From an uncultured Gemmatimonadales bacterium (GTDB taxonomy: Bacteria; Gemmatimonadota; Gemmatimonadetes; Longimicrobiales; RSA9), in the NCBI GenBank assembly GCA_963783305.1, contig CAWAMW010000006.1:32001-96000 (forward strand): a stretch of DNA of 64,000 nucleotides. The letters run 5' to 3'. A program made the position numbers and the translations under genes. The notes under the pieces are model-generated. The model searched no databases. It worked only from the letters and a program-made list of their open reading frames with translations, and had not been told where the DNA came from. Shown here piece after piece: positions 48,138 to 57,722 of the stretch. Position 1 is the stretch's first letter; every line of letters starts with the position of its first letter.

Positions 48138-49271
48138 CTACAGGCCCGGGTCCACCAGGTATTTCTCGCCGGTCGCCTTGCGCTCGTAGGCCCTGGCCAC
48201 GTCCGGGTCGATCATGTCGTCGAGGCTGATGGTCTGCGTGTAATGGCTGGCGAAGATGCCGTTGCGCTCCTCCACGGTGAAGCGCCGCATCTCCAATACC
48301 CGGTCCTTCCCCATTTCCTCGAGGTGCGGCGTGAGAAGCCAGCCCCCGACGCCCCAGTACATGCCGTAGCCGGCGGTCAGGACCGTGTCACCGGTGTCGA
48401 GCCGGCCGTAGATGTAGACCTGCTTGTGGACGGTCGAGCCGTAGACGCTGAACTCGGCACCGCGCTTCGCCTGCGCCCGCTCCATCGCGACGAGAATGTC
48501 GTTCGCCATCCGGCCACCGCCGATGGCGTCGAAGCCGAGGGTCGCGCCGGTCTCCGCCAGGGCGTCGGTGAGGTCGTCCATGAAGCGGTCTCTCGAGCTG
48601 TCGACGATGTGTGTCAGCCCGATGTCGGCCAGGATCTCCTCCTGCTCCTCCGAGCGCACGATGGCGACCAGCGGGACACCTTCCTCCAGGCACAGCCTGG
48701 CCAGCATCTGGCCGAGATTGGAGGCCGCCGCCGTGTGAACGAGCCCCGAGTGCCCCTCGGCGCGCATGGTGTTCAGGAAGCCCTGCGTCGTCATCGGGTT
48801 GACGAACAGGGAGGCACCCTCGTGAGCCGGCGCGCCGTCCGGCAGCGGAATTACGTTCTCGGCCTTGGTCCGCGCGTGGGTGCGATAGAGACGGCCATCG
48901 ACGAAGCTCACCGTTCTGCCCATCAGCGACTGTGCCGCGTCTGACGACCCCGCCGCGACCACCCTGCCGGCGCCCTCGTTGCCGGCGGGGAGCTTTCGGC
49001 CCGTCCGTCCGGCCAAGACGCGCGCCATGCGGGGCGCCACTTCGGCGACCAGCGCCGGGTGTCCATCGACCACGTCGCTCCGCGCCGTAGACATGTCGGC
49101 GGGCGCGAGCAGCAGCCCGAGGTCGCTGGGATTGATCGGCACCGCCCGCATCTCGACGACGATCTCGTCCTCGGCGGGCTCCTCCACCTCGTCCGGCTCG
49201 ATGGAGAGGATCAGCCTACCGCCCTCCGTAACCGTAGTGAACAGCTGCTTCGCGTCGGGGAAATCGGTCAT
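48138..49271 (-). CDS. MDR-family (zinc-binding dehydrogenase-like) oxidoreductase
   Basis: PINPSDLG, GNEGAG, FVNPMT, HTAAASNLGQML, FDAIGGG, TGEKYL. Confidence 0.9.
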   Translation of the reverse strand: MTDFPDAKQLFTTVTEGGRLILSIEPDEVEEPAEDEIVVEMRAVPINPSDLGLLLAPADMSTARSDVVDGHPALVAEVAPRMARVLAGRTGRKLPAGNEGAGRVVAAGSSDAAQSLMGRTVSFVDGRLYRTHARTKAENVIPLPDGAPAHEGASLFVNPMTTQGFLNTMRAEGHSGLVHTAAASNLGQMLARLCLEEGVPLVAIVRSEEQEEILADIGLTHIVDSSRDRFMDDLTDALAETGATLGFDAIGGGRMANDILVAMERAQAKRGAEFSVYGSTVHKQVYIYGRLDTGDTVLTAGYGMYWGVGGWLLTPHLEEMGKDRVLEMRRFTVEERNGIFASHYTQTISLDDMIDPDVARAYERKATGEKYLVDPGL

Positions 49272-49324
49272 CTCGGTCCTCCTGTGGGTAGATCCGCGCT
49301 CGGGCGCCCGGGTGCTGAAAGCGT

Positions 49325-49927
49325 TCAGGCCTCCGACCTCAGTACTCGCAGAGCCCGCGTCCAACGCAGCAGCTCGTCGAGCATCACCCGAGAAGCTTTC
49401 TCCTGCACCTCGCCCGGTGTGAAGTCGCCCGACGCTTCATCGATATGCCTGGAGAAGAACGGGATCGAGACGGCCTCGGGGATGGGCATCATCCGCAGCG
49501 TGGTCGCCACCAGCTTGCTGACTTCGGCAGATCGCGTCCCGCCGGATACGCCGCCGTAGCTGACGAACCCGAGGGGCTTGTAGGCCCACTCGCGGACCAG
49601 GAACTGGAACGCGTTCAGGAGCGCGGCCGGGGGCGAGTGGTCGTACTCGGGCGTCACGACGACGAAGGCATCCGCCCGCTCGACGATCTCCGCCCACTCC
49701 TGCGTGTGCGCGTGCTCGTAGTCCTGCAGGCGCGGGTGTCGGGGCTCGTCGAAGAGGGGGAGGTCGACACGGGCGAGGTCGACGGGCTCGATCCGGAACC
49801 CTTCGTGGCGGCGAGCCTGATCGAGGAACCAGTCGGCCACGACGGGGCCCTTGCGGCCGTCGCGGGTGCTGGCGGTGATGACCTGCAGGAGCGGCTCGTC
49901 CATGGTCCTCAGTCGTTGGGCCGTCAT
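49325..49927 (-). CDS. NADPH-dependent FMN reductase
   Basis: ASTRDGRKG, ADAFVVVTPEY, EWAYKP.GFVSYGGVSGGTR; start may be 49903. Confidence 0.92.
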   Translation of the reverse strand: MTAQRLRTMDEPLLQVITASTRDGRKGPVVADWFLDQARRHEGFRIEPVDLARVDLPLFDEPRHPRLQDYEHAHTQEWAEIVERADAFVVVTPEYDHSPPAALLNAFQFLVREWAYKPLGFVSYGGVSGGTRSAEVSKLVATTLRMMPIPEAVSIPFFSRHIDEASGDFTPGEVQEKASRVMLDELLRWTRALRVLRSEA

Positions 49928-50232
49928 GGCTGCCGCGCTATAGCATGGCGCGGTAGCGGGGGCCAGAGGGGGTGCAATAATCGGGCACGGGCGTCGGCCC
50001 TGCCGCTGGACCGCCGACTGTCCTACCTCCGCATTTTCCGGCGTACGATCGACCACTTGAACCCGGAGGGGCCATGATCTCTGTCACGATCGGCGTGAGG
50101 ACGGTGCGTGTGCGGCGAACGCGCGTCCGACTCCCGACGCCGCGCCCGGGCAGACCGTGCGCGTCCTTGCGCGGGGGGCCCGGAATCGGCACCCATTGTG
50201 TGAGTGACCCGTTCCGTTGAAAGGAGAGACCC

Positions 50233-51930
50233 ATGGAGCGCATCTGGACCCGCCACTATGACGACGGGGTTCCCGCCCACATGGACTTCGAGGAGAAGAC
50301 CCTCCTCGACTACTTCGACGAGTCGACGGCGGAGTGGCGCGACCGACCCGCGCTCACCCTGAAGGGGAAGACCCTCAGCTACGCAGAGCTGAGAGACCAG
50401 GTCGACCGGCTGGCCACCGCCCTGGCTGCGCTGGGAGTCACGAAGGATAGTCGGGTCGCCCTCTGGATGCCGAATCTGCCGCAGATGGTCATCGGCTTCT
50501 TCGCCACCCTCCGGCTCGGCGCGCAGGTGGTGAACACGAACCCGCTGTACGTCGAGCGTGAGATCGTGCACCAGTTCAACGACGCCGGCGTGACCGTTGT
50601 CATCACCCTCGATTTCCTCTGGGATGGCCGCCTGAAGGGTGTCCTCGACCGCACCGGCGTGGAGCACGTCATCGTGACGTCGATCCCCGACTTCCTGCCG
50701 TTCCCCCTCAACTGGCTGGCGCCCTTCAAGCTCAGGAAGACGGGCCAGTACGTGAAGGTGAAGCCGCAGCCCCGCGTCCACTTCCTCAAGGAGCTGTTGA
50801 AAGAGCACGAGCCGGAGCCGCCCCGGCCGAAGATCGGCATGGACCACCTGGCCGTCCTCCAGTACACGGGCGGAACCACGGGCGTCTCGAAGGGCGCCAT
50901 GCTCACGCACCGCAACCTGTCGGTGAACGCGCAGCAGGGCGCGGTGTGGTTCTCGAACGCCCGGAATGGGGAGGAGGTCTTCCTCGGCTGCCTGCCGTAC
51001 TTCCACGTCTTCGGCATGACCGTCTCCATGGTGATTCCGGTGGTGATGGGCGCGCACATCGTTCTTGCCCCCAACCCCCGCGACATCCCGGACCTCGTCA
51101 ACAGCATCAGGAAATACCGCGTCACCCTGTTCCCGGCGGTGCCGGCGCTCTTCGGAGCCATCAACACCTACCCGGGAATCGAGGACATCGACATCTCGAG
51201 CGTGAAGGCCTGCCTCTCCGGTTCGGCGCCCTTGCCTGTGGAGGTGCTGGAGCGGTTCGAGGAACTGACGGGGAGCAAGATCACGGAGGGATTCGGCCTT
51301 ACGGAGACGTCGCCGATGACGCACGCGAACCCGCTGGAGGGTTTGCGGAAAGTGGGATCCGTGGGTGTCCCGTTCCCCGATACCGATATCAAGGTGGTGG
51401 ACGTGGAGACCGGCGAGCAGGAGCTGGAGCTGGGCGAGGACGGCGAGCTCTGCATCAAGGGCCCGCAGGTGATGGAGGGCTACTGGAACCGGCCGGATGA
51501 GACCGCCATCGCCCTCCGGGACGGATGGCTCTATACGGGCGACCTCGCCCGGATCGACAACGATGGCTTCACCTTCATCGTCGGCCGCAAGAAGGACATG
51601 ATCGTCGCGTCCGGCTACAACGTCTTTCCAGACGAGATCGACCAGGTGCTCTACGCACACCCGGCCGTCCTGGACGCCGCCACCATTGGTATCCCCGACC
51701 CGAAGCGGGGCGAAACGGTGAAGTCGTTCGTAGCCCTGAAGGAGGGCGCCACCGCCAGCGAGGAGGACATCCTGGAGTACTGCCGGAAGGAGATGGCGGT
51801 GTACAAGGTCCCGCGGCAGATCGAGTTCCTGGACGAGATCCCGAAGAGCAGCATGATGAAGATCCTGCGCCGGGAGCTGCGGGACCGGGAACTGGCAAAG
51901 ACGGAAGGCGGGCGGACGGGCCGGGCCTGA
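50233..51930 (+). CDS. fadD: Long-chain fatty acid-CoA ligase
   Basis: LQYTGGTTGVSKGAMLTH, EGFGLTE, GWLYTGD, RKKDMI..GYNVFP.EI. Confidence 0.93.
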   Translation: MERIWTRHYDDGVPAHMDFEEKTLLDYFDESTAEWRDRPALTLKGKTLSYAELRDQVDRLATALAALGVTKDSRVALWMPNLPQMVIGFFATLRLGAQVVNTNPLYVEREIVHQFNDAGVTVVITLDFLWDGRLKGVLDRTGVEHVIVTSIPDFLPFPLNWLAPFKLRKTGQYVKVKPQPRVHFLKELLKEHEPEPPRPKIGMDHLAVLQYTGGTTGVSKGAMLTHRNLSVNAQQGAVWFSNARNGEEVFLGCLPYFHVFGMTVSMVIPVVMGAHIVLAPNPRDIPDLVNSIRKYRVTLFPAVPALFGAINTYPGIEDIDISSVKACLSGSAPLPVEVLERFEELTGSKITEGFGLTETSPMTHANPLEGLRKVGSVGVPFPDTDIKVVDVETGEQELELGEDGELCIKGPQVMEGYWNRPDETAIALRDGWLYTGDLARIDNDGFTFIVGRKKDMIVASGYNVFPDEIDQVLYAHPAVLDAATIGIPDPKRGETVKSFVALKEGATASEEDILEYCRKEMAVYKVPRQIEFLDEIPKSSMMKILRRELRDRELAKTEGGRTGRA

Positions 51931-51965
51931 CGGGGACCTTGGCCCCCGCGGCCCAGCTCGTTAAA

Positions 51966-51993
51966 TTACGACTCGTAAATTTACGACTCGCAC
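51966..51993. promoter_or_regulatory. Tandem TTACGACTCG repeats forming the palindrome TTACGAcTCGTAA upstream of the second ATPase gene
   Basis: Copies at 51966 and 51981; AT-rich island ending 12 bp before the ATG at 52006. Confidence 0.55.
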
Positions 51994-52005
51994 CCCGGCG
52001 ACCCC

Positions 52006-53160
52006 ATGAGCCATACCCCATTCCGGATCGGCGACCACGTCACCGGCGCGTTCTTCACCGACCGGGCGGCGGAGGTGAGCCGGATCGTGCGTGCGCTGCG
52101 GGAGCCGACGCGGCTGCTCGTGTTCGGAGCGCGGCGGGTGGGGAAGAGCTCGGCGATCGCGGTGGCGATGGAGCGGGCGCGGGCGGAGGGGGTGCTGGTG
52201 GTGCGGGCGGACCTCTCGACGGCGAGCAGCCTGGTGGACGTGGCGAACCGGCTGCTGCACTCGTTGTCGGGGCAGCGGCCGGGGGACCGGCTGGCGGAGC
52301 TGGCGGCTGCGCTGTCGCCGCACGTGACCCTGTCGTTCGACGAGGCGTCGGGGGCGCCGCGGCTGGCGTTCGGGGTCGCGCGTCGTCGTGAGGCGGAGGA
52401 AGGGCAGCGGCGGTCGCTGGAGTCGGTGATCGAGCGGCTGGCGAAGGGGGTGGGTTCTGGGTCGGGGGAGTCGGAGCGGGTGGCGGTGGTCCTGGACGAG
52501 TTCCAGGCGATCCGACGGCTGGGCGGCGAATCGGGGGAGTGGTACCTGCGGGACCTGATCCAGCGTCACGGGGAGCTGAGTTTCGTGTGCGCGGGGTCGG
52601 AGGTGACGCTCATTCACGAGATGCTGGGGCAGGACCGAGCGTTTTTTCGGGCGTTCGAGCTGCTGCACCTGGGGGCGATCGACGCGGACCACCTCGGCCG
52701 CTGGATCGATGACCGGCTTACGGGGGCGGGGGTCGCCGCGAAGGGAGTGGGTGCGGCGGTCATCGCCGCGGTGGGCCCACGCACGCAGGACGTGCTGCAG
52801 GTGGCGCGGCACGTCCACGCGCGCGGCGTGGGTGCGGGCGTGGTGGGTGCGGACGACGTGGAAGAGGCGGTGCTGGACGTGGTTCGGGAGGAGGACCCCG
52901 TGATCCGGACCACGTGGCTCAACCTGACTGCGCACCAGCAGAACGTGCTTCGTGCGGTGGCGTCGGGAGTGGACCAGCTGTTCGCGTCGGCGACGCGGGA
53001 GCGGTTCGGTCTGTCCACGTCCTCGACGGTTGCCACGGCCGTGGACGCTCTCGAGTCGAGGGGGATCCTCTTCCGGGAGGGCGAGGCCATCACCTTCGAC
53101 AGCCCGTTCGTTCGCTGCTGGGTGGAGCGCGAGGCACTGCCCGACGTCCCGCCTCACTGA
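52006..53160 (+). CDS. P-loop ATPase (archaeal ATPase/STAND-like) with C-terminal winged HTH, paralog of 16153-17310
   Basis: TPFRIG, FTDRAAEV, Walker A GARRVGKS, Walker B VVLDEFQ, CAGS, WLNLTAHQQ, FDSPFVRCWV. Confidence 0.88.
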   Translation: MSHTPFRIGDHVTGAFFTDRAAEVSRIVRALREPTRLLVFGARRVGKSSAIAVAMERARAEGVLVVRADLSTASSLVDVANRLLHSLSGQRPGDRLAELAAALSPHVTLSFDEASGAPRLAFGVARRREAEEGQRRSLESVIERLAKGVGSGSGESERVAVVLDEFQAIRRLGGESGEWYLRDLIQRHGELSFVCAGSEVTLIHEMLGQDRAFFRAFELLHLGAIDADHLGRWIDDRLTGAGVAAKGVGAAVIAAVGPRTQDVLQVARHVHARGVGAGVVGADDVEEAVLDVVREEDPVIRTTWLNLTAHQQNVLRAVASGVDQLFASATRERFGLSTSSTVATAVDALESRGILFREGEAITFDSPFVRCWVEREALPDVPPH

Positions 53161-53172
53161 CCCCCGGGAACG

Positions 53173-53997
53173 TCACCGCCCGGCGAGGAACTCGAGCGAG
53201 AGGCGGTTGAAGGTGTCCGGCCGCTCCACCGTGCAGACGTGGCCGCAGCGCTCGATGACGTGCAGCCGCGCGCTGGCGTGCTTCGCGGCCATGGCGCGGG
53301 CGCCGTCGATGAACATGTGGTCCTGGTCGCCCATGATGTAGAGGGTGGGAATGCCGGGGTCGCGGGCCGCGAAGCACCGGAGCCGTGCCGGCAGCTCGTG
53401 GGTAACCGGGAGCCAGCGGAGGAACTCGGCGCGTGTGAGTTGTCGCGCCTGGTCGACCACCATGCGGCGGCTCTCGCCGTGGTTCTTTCGCGGAAGAAGC
53501 ACCCAGGCGTAGAAGCGGTAGAGCCAGAGATGGGGGACGAAGCGCTTGAGTGCGTGGGCGAGGGCGATCAGGAGCCGGGCGCGGCGCTTCAGATCGACCA
53601 CGGCGCCGGCCATGACCATGGACCGGACGCGCCCGGGCGCGAGGTCGGCCACGCTCCGGACCACAATGCACCCCATGGACACGCCGAGGAAGTGAGCGTG
53701 GTCGATGCCGTGGTGATCGAGGAGGTCGAGGACGTCGCGTGCGGCATCGTCGAACGAATGGGGCTCGCGTCCGGCTTCTTCCGGCGGGCGGGCGGACCCG
53801 CCGTGGCCGCGCAGGTCGGGAAGCAGCAGGTTGTAGCGTGCGCGGTACGCTTCGATCTGCCGCGCCCAGATGTCGCTGGTGACGCCGGCGCCGTGGACCA
53901 GGACCGCCCATGGGGCGTCCGGATCGTTCCGGTGGACCGTGTGGTGCAGGAGCGGCGCGGGGTCGGGCGGCGGGTCGGGCCGTGGGTCGGAAGGCAT
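53173..53997 (-). CDS. Alpha/beta fold hydrolase
   Basis: LVHGAG, PDLRGHG, GVSMG nucleophile, MGDQDHMF, CGHVC. Confidence 0.9.
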   Translation of the reverse strand: MPSDPRPDPPPDPAPLLHHTVHRNDPDAPWAVLVHGAGVTSDIWARQIEAYRARYNLLLPDLRGHGGSARPPEEAGREPHSFDDAARDVLDLLDHHGIDHAHFLGVSMGCIVVRSVADLAPGRVRSMVMAGAVVDLKRRARLLIALAHALKRFVPHLWLYRFYAWVLLPRKNHGESRRMVVDQARQLTRAEFLRWLPVTHELPARLRCFAARDPGIPTLYIMGDQDHMFIDGARAMAAKHASARLHVIERCGHVCTVERPDTFNRLSLEFLAGR

Positions 53998-54073
53998 GCC
54001 TCGGCGTGGATCGGGTGGGCTCAATGTCGGCGATGGGGACCAGTGCAGAAAGCGTACTCGTGAGGCGAACCAC

Positions 54074-55351
54074 ATGACCATGTTCGAGCTGCTGGCCATA
54101 CTGGTCACTGTCACCGCTCTGCTGGGGTGGGTGAACGAGCGGTGGCTCGGCGTGAACCCGGTCGTGGGCGTGACGCTGGGCGGGCTGATCGTCTCCGTCG
54201 TCCTTCTCGTGCTGGGGCAGCTGGGGGTGTGGGGGTTCGGCGCCGAGTTCGCCGCCGGGACGCTGGCCCGTCTCGATTTCGACGACTTCCTGCTCCACGG
54301 TCTGCTGGGCGCCATCCTGTTCGCGGGCGCGCTGGACATCGAGCTGAACGAGCTCATGTCGAACCGCTGGCTCATTCTGGTCCTGGCCACGGTGGGCGTG
54401 GTGCTCTCCACTTTCCTGGTGGGCACGGGGATCTGGCTTCTGGTGGGGGGGATCGGGCTCTCGATCCCGTACCTGTATGCGCTCGTGTTCGGCTCCCTCA
54501 TCTCGCCCACGGACCCGGTGGCGGTGCTGGCGATCCTGAAGCGGGCGAGGGTCCCCGCGGACCTCACGGCGCTCATCAGTGGTGAGAGCCTCTTCAACGA
54601 TGGCATCGGCGTGGTGGTGTTCACGGTGGTCCTGGGCGTAGCCACCACAGGGCACGCCACCATGCTCCACGTCGCCGAGCTGTTCCTCGTAGAGGCCGTG
54701 GGCGGAATCGCGTTCGGGCTCGTGCTGGGGTACATGGCGTTCTTCATGCTGAGGAGCGTCGACGACTACACCGTGGAGATCCTGATCACCCTGGCGGTGG
54801 TGACGGGCGGGTACGCGCTGGCGCTCCGGCTCCACACGTCGGGGCCACTGGCCATGGTCGTGGCCGGGCTCCTGATCGGGAACCGCGGTCGCGCGCTGGC
54901 GATGTCGGAGGAGACGCGGCATAACCTGGACACGTTCTGGGTGGTGGTGGACGAGACGCTGAACGCGATGCTCTTTCTCCTGATCGGCCTGGAGGTGTTG
55001 GCGCTGGAGCTCCGGTGGGAGTTCCTGGCCGCGGGGGCACTGACCGTCCCGCTCGTCCTGGGGGCCCGGTTCGTCAGCGTGACGCTCCCCATCTCGGCCA
55101 TCCGGCTCCGGTCGGACGTGAAGCCGTACACCGTCCGGATGCTGACCTGGGGCGGGCTCCGGGGCGGGATCGCCATCGCCCTTGCCCTGTCGATCCCGCC
55201 GGGTCCGGAGCGCGGCCTGATCCTCTCCCTCACGTACGTGGTCGTGGTCTTCTCGATCCTGGTCCAGGGGCTGACCGTCGAGCCACTGGCGCGCCGGCAG
55301 GCGAGCGTGCTCAAGGGTGCGGCCGTGTACCAGGACGACGTCACGCCGTAG
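54074..55351 (+). CDS. nhaP: CPA1-family Na+/H+ antiporter (NhaP-like)
   Basis: ILFAGAL, ISPTDPVAV, ISGESLFNDG, WGGLRG, SILVQGLT. Confidence 0.92.
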   Translation: MTMFELLAILVTVTALLGWVNERWLGVNPVVGVTLGGLIVSVVLLVLGQLGVWGFGAEFAAGTLARLDFDDFLLHGLLGAILFAGALDIELNELMSNRWLILVLATVGVVLSTFLVGTGIWLLVGGIGLSIPYLYALVFGSLISPTDPVAVLAILKRARVPADLTALISGESLFNDGIGVVVFTVVLGVATTGHATMLHVAELFLVEAVGGIAFGLVLGYMAFFMLRSVDDYTVEILITLAVVTGGYALALRLHTSGPLAMVVAGLLIGNRGRALAMSEETRHNLDTFWVVVDETLNAMLFLLIGLEVLALELRWEFLAAGALTVPLVLGARFVSVTLPISAIRLRSDVKPYTVRMLTWGGLRGGIAIALALSIPPGPERGLILSLTYVVVVFSILVQGLTVEPLARRQASVLKGAAVYQDDVTP

Positions 55352-55426
55352 CGCCCCTTGCCATGCCGTCGCCTCGATGCGTTACCTTCCGTCGGAAATC
55401 GACCTGTCCATCCGACGATAGTCCTG

Positions 55427-57709
55427 ATGAATATCCTGATCGTAGAGTCCGGCGCCAAGGCGAAGACGCTCCAGAAGTACCTGGGCGAGGGGTGGAGCGT
55501 GCTTGCCACCGGCGGACACATCGAGACGCTGCCCAATGACCGTAAGCTGCACGGCAAGGACGCCAGCAAAGCGTTCTGGGCCAATCGGCCGGGTCAGCTG
55601 CCGTCGCCCCCGTGGGTCCCCACCGACCGGGGCGGCGACGCGGTGAAGAAGATCCTGGCCGAGGCCGGCGACGATGCCACGTTCTGGATCGCCACCGACC
55701 CGGATCGCGAGGGCGAGTTCATCGCGTGGTCGCTCCAGCGGCTGCTGGAGAAGCGGGGCCCGACGCACCGGGTCGCATTCCAGGAGGTCACGAAGGAGGC
55801 CGTGGAGGCGGCGATCGCGCGGCCCCGTGCGGTGGACAGCCGGATGGTCGACAGCGCGCTCGTCCGGAAGTTCCTGGACCGGCTGGTGGGGTACCGCGCG
55901 TCGAAGATGGCCAACGCCGTGGTCCCGGGCCGGGGCGCGTCCATGGGCCGTGTGCAGACGCCCACACTCGGGTTCGTGGTGGAGCGTGAGCTGGAACGAG
56001 AGGCCCACGTGCCGATCCCGTATTTCGAGGTCCATGCCGTGGCGCAGGGGATCGATCTGGAGGTACGGTTCCACGAGCCGGAGGACGACGATGCGTGGCG
56101 CGACGAGGTCGGCAAGGCCCATCCGTCGCGTACCTTCGATGGCGAGCTGGCCCGGGAGGCGCTGGACGCGCTCGAGGCAGCGGGCGCGGTGACGATCACG
56201 GGGACGAAGTCGAGCACGCGCCAGCGCCGCCCGTCGGCGCCGTTTTCCACCGACGCGCTCCTCCAGGTCGCCGGCTCACGCTTCGGCTGGTCGCCCCGGA
56301 AAACTTCCGCGCTCGCCTCCATGCTCTACGAGGCCGGTCACATCACCTACATCCGGACCGACTCCACGCGTCTCGCCACGTCGGCGGTGCAGAAGGCGCG
56401 GGCGGTGGTGGAGGAGTCGTGGGGCGCGGACCACCTGGGGCACGCGTCGAGCGCGAACGTCGCCACAGGCCCCACGCAGGACGCCCACGAGGCCATCCGT
56501 CCCACGCGCCTGGAGGTGGAGGAGCCCGATGTGGAGGACGGCGACGCCCGTCGCCTCTACCGCCTCGTCCGCGCCCACACCCTCGCCAGTCAGATGGCGC
56601 CCTCGCAGCGCTCGAGCGTGAGCATCGGCGCCGCCTGCGACGGCCTGCCGACGCCGCTTACCGGCAGCGTGTCCTGGCGCACCTTCGACGGGTGGGAGGC
56701 CGCGTATGCCGAGTTCATGAGCGATGTGGCCACTTCGCCGCCGGATGTGGCGCTGGACGAGGGCGCCGTGTGGCCGTTGGATCCGGCGCTGGACGAGCGC
56801 GACAACCCGCTCCTGGTCGAGGACGAGACCCGGCCTCCGACCCGGTTCCGGCCTCACACGCTGATCAAGGCCATGAAGGACGCCGGGATCGGCCGGCCTT
56901 CCACGTACAGCCGCACCGTGGACAAGCTGGAAGAGCGGGACTACGTGGAGATGGAGGACGGCGCACTGGTGCCCACGGACCGCGGGCGCGCTGTCTGGAC
57001 GGAGGCAGCGCCCCTCTACTCCGAGGATACCGAGGACGACGGCACCGACGCGGTCGAGCTGTTCAGCCCCGAGTTCACCGCGGGGATGGAGGAGCGCCTC
57101 GACCAGATCGCCAGCGGTGAGGTGCCGGCGCCTCATACGTGGGAGGAGTGGCGCGACCAGATCCGCGACCTCCACCTGTCGGCGCAGGAGAAGAAGAAGG
57201 CCGGGGCCATGGTGCCCGCGCAGAAGAAGATGCTGAAGCGGCTGCTGGAGAACGCGCCGGAGGAGGTCCGGGCGGCCCACGGGGGCGAGGTCTCGGGTCT
57301 GTCGTACGAGGAGGCGCGGTCGCTCATCGCGGAGCTCCGGGATTCGGGCGTGAAACCCGTTGCGACCGAGGGTCAGCTGAGCTATCTGGAGGAGCTGGTC
57401 AGCGATCTGGAGATGTCCGATGACGAGCTCGAGGCGCTTACCGGCGTGCGCGCTCTCGATCAGATCCGGAACAGCGATCAGGCGAGCGCGGCCATCACGG
57501 AGCTCAAGCGTGTCCACGAGGAGCGCCGCCCGGCCAGCGCGAAACAGCGCCGGTTCATCGCCGACCTCGTCAAGGACTCGGGCCTCACCGCGGCCGAGGC
57601 CGCGAAGCTCGTGGACGCCGCGTCGCTCGACGAGCTCACCGGCGGCAGCGAGGGGACAGCCAGCGAGCTGATCGACCTGCTCCAGGAGCGGGCCAAGAAG
57701 AAGGGGTAG
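55427..57709 (+). CDS. topA: Type IA DNA topoisomerase with atypical helical-repeat C-terminus
   Basis: IVESGAKAKT, ATDPDREGE, SMGRVQTP, ITYIRTDS (catalytic Tyr), QDAHEAIRPT, GIGRPSTY. Confidence 0.92.
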   Translation: MNILIVESGAKAKTLQKYLGEGWSVLATGGHIETLPNDRKLHGKDASKAFWANRPGQLPSPPWVPTDRGGDAVKKILAEAGDDATFWIATDPDREGEFIAWSLQRLLEKRGPTHRVAFQEVTKEAVEAAIARPRAVDSRMVDSALVRKFLDRLVGYRASKMANAVVPGRGASMGRVQTPTLGFVVERELEREAHVPIPYFEVHAVAQGIDLEVRFHEPEDDDAWRDEVGKAHPSRTFDGELAREALDALEAAGAVTITGTKSSTRQRRPSAPFSTDALLQVAGSRFGWSPRKTSALASMLYEAGHITYIRTDSTRLATSAVQKARAVVEESWGADHLGHASSANVATGPTQDAHEAIRPTRLEVEEPDVEDGDARRLYRLVRAHTLASQMAPSQRSSVSIGAACDGLPTPLTGSVSWRTFDGWEAAYAEFMSDVATSPPDVALDEGAVWPLDPALDERDNPLLVEDETRPPTRFRPHTLIKAMKDAGIGRPSTYSRTVDKLEERDYVEMEDGALVPTDRGRAVWTEAAPLYSEDTEDDGTDAVELFSPEFTAGMEERLDQIASGEVPAPHTWEEWRDQIRDLHLSAQEKKKAGAMVPAQKKMLKRLLENAPEEVRAAHGGEVSGLSYEEARSLIAELRDSGVKPVATEGQLSYLEELVSDLEMSDDELEALTGVRALDQIRNSDQASAAITELKRVHEERRPASAKQRRFIADLVKDSGLTAAEAAKLVDAASLDELTGGSEGTASELIDLLQERAKKKG

Positions 57710-57722
57710 GGGAGGGCGACCC

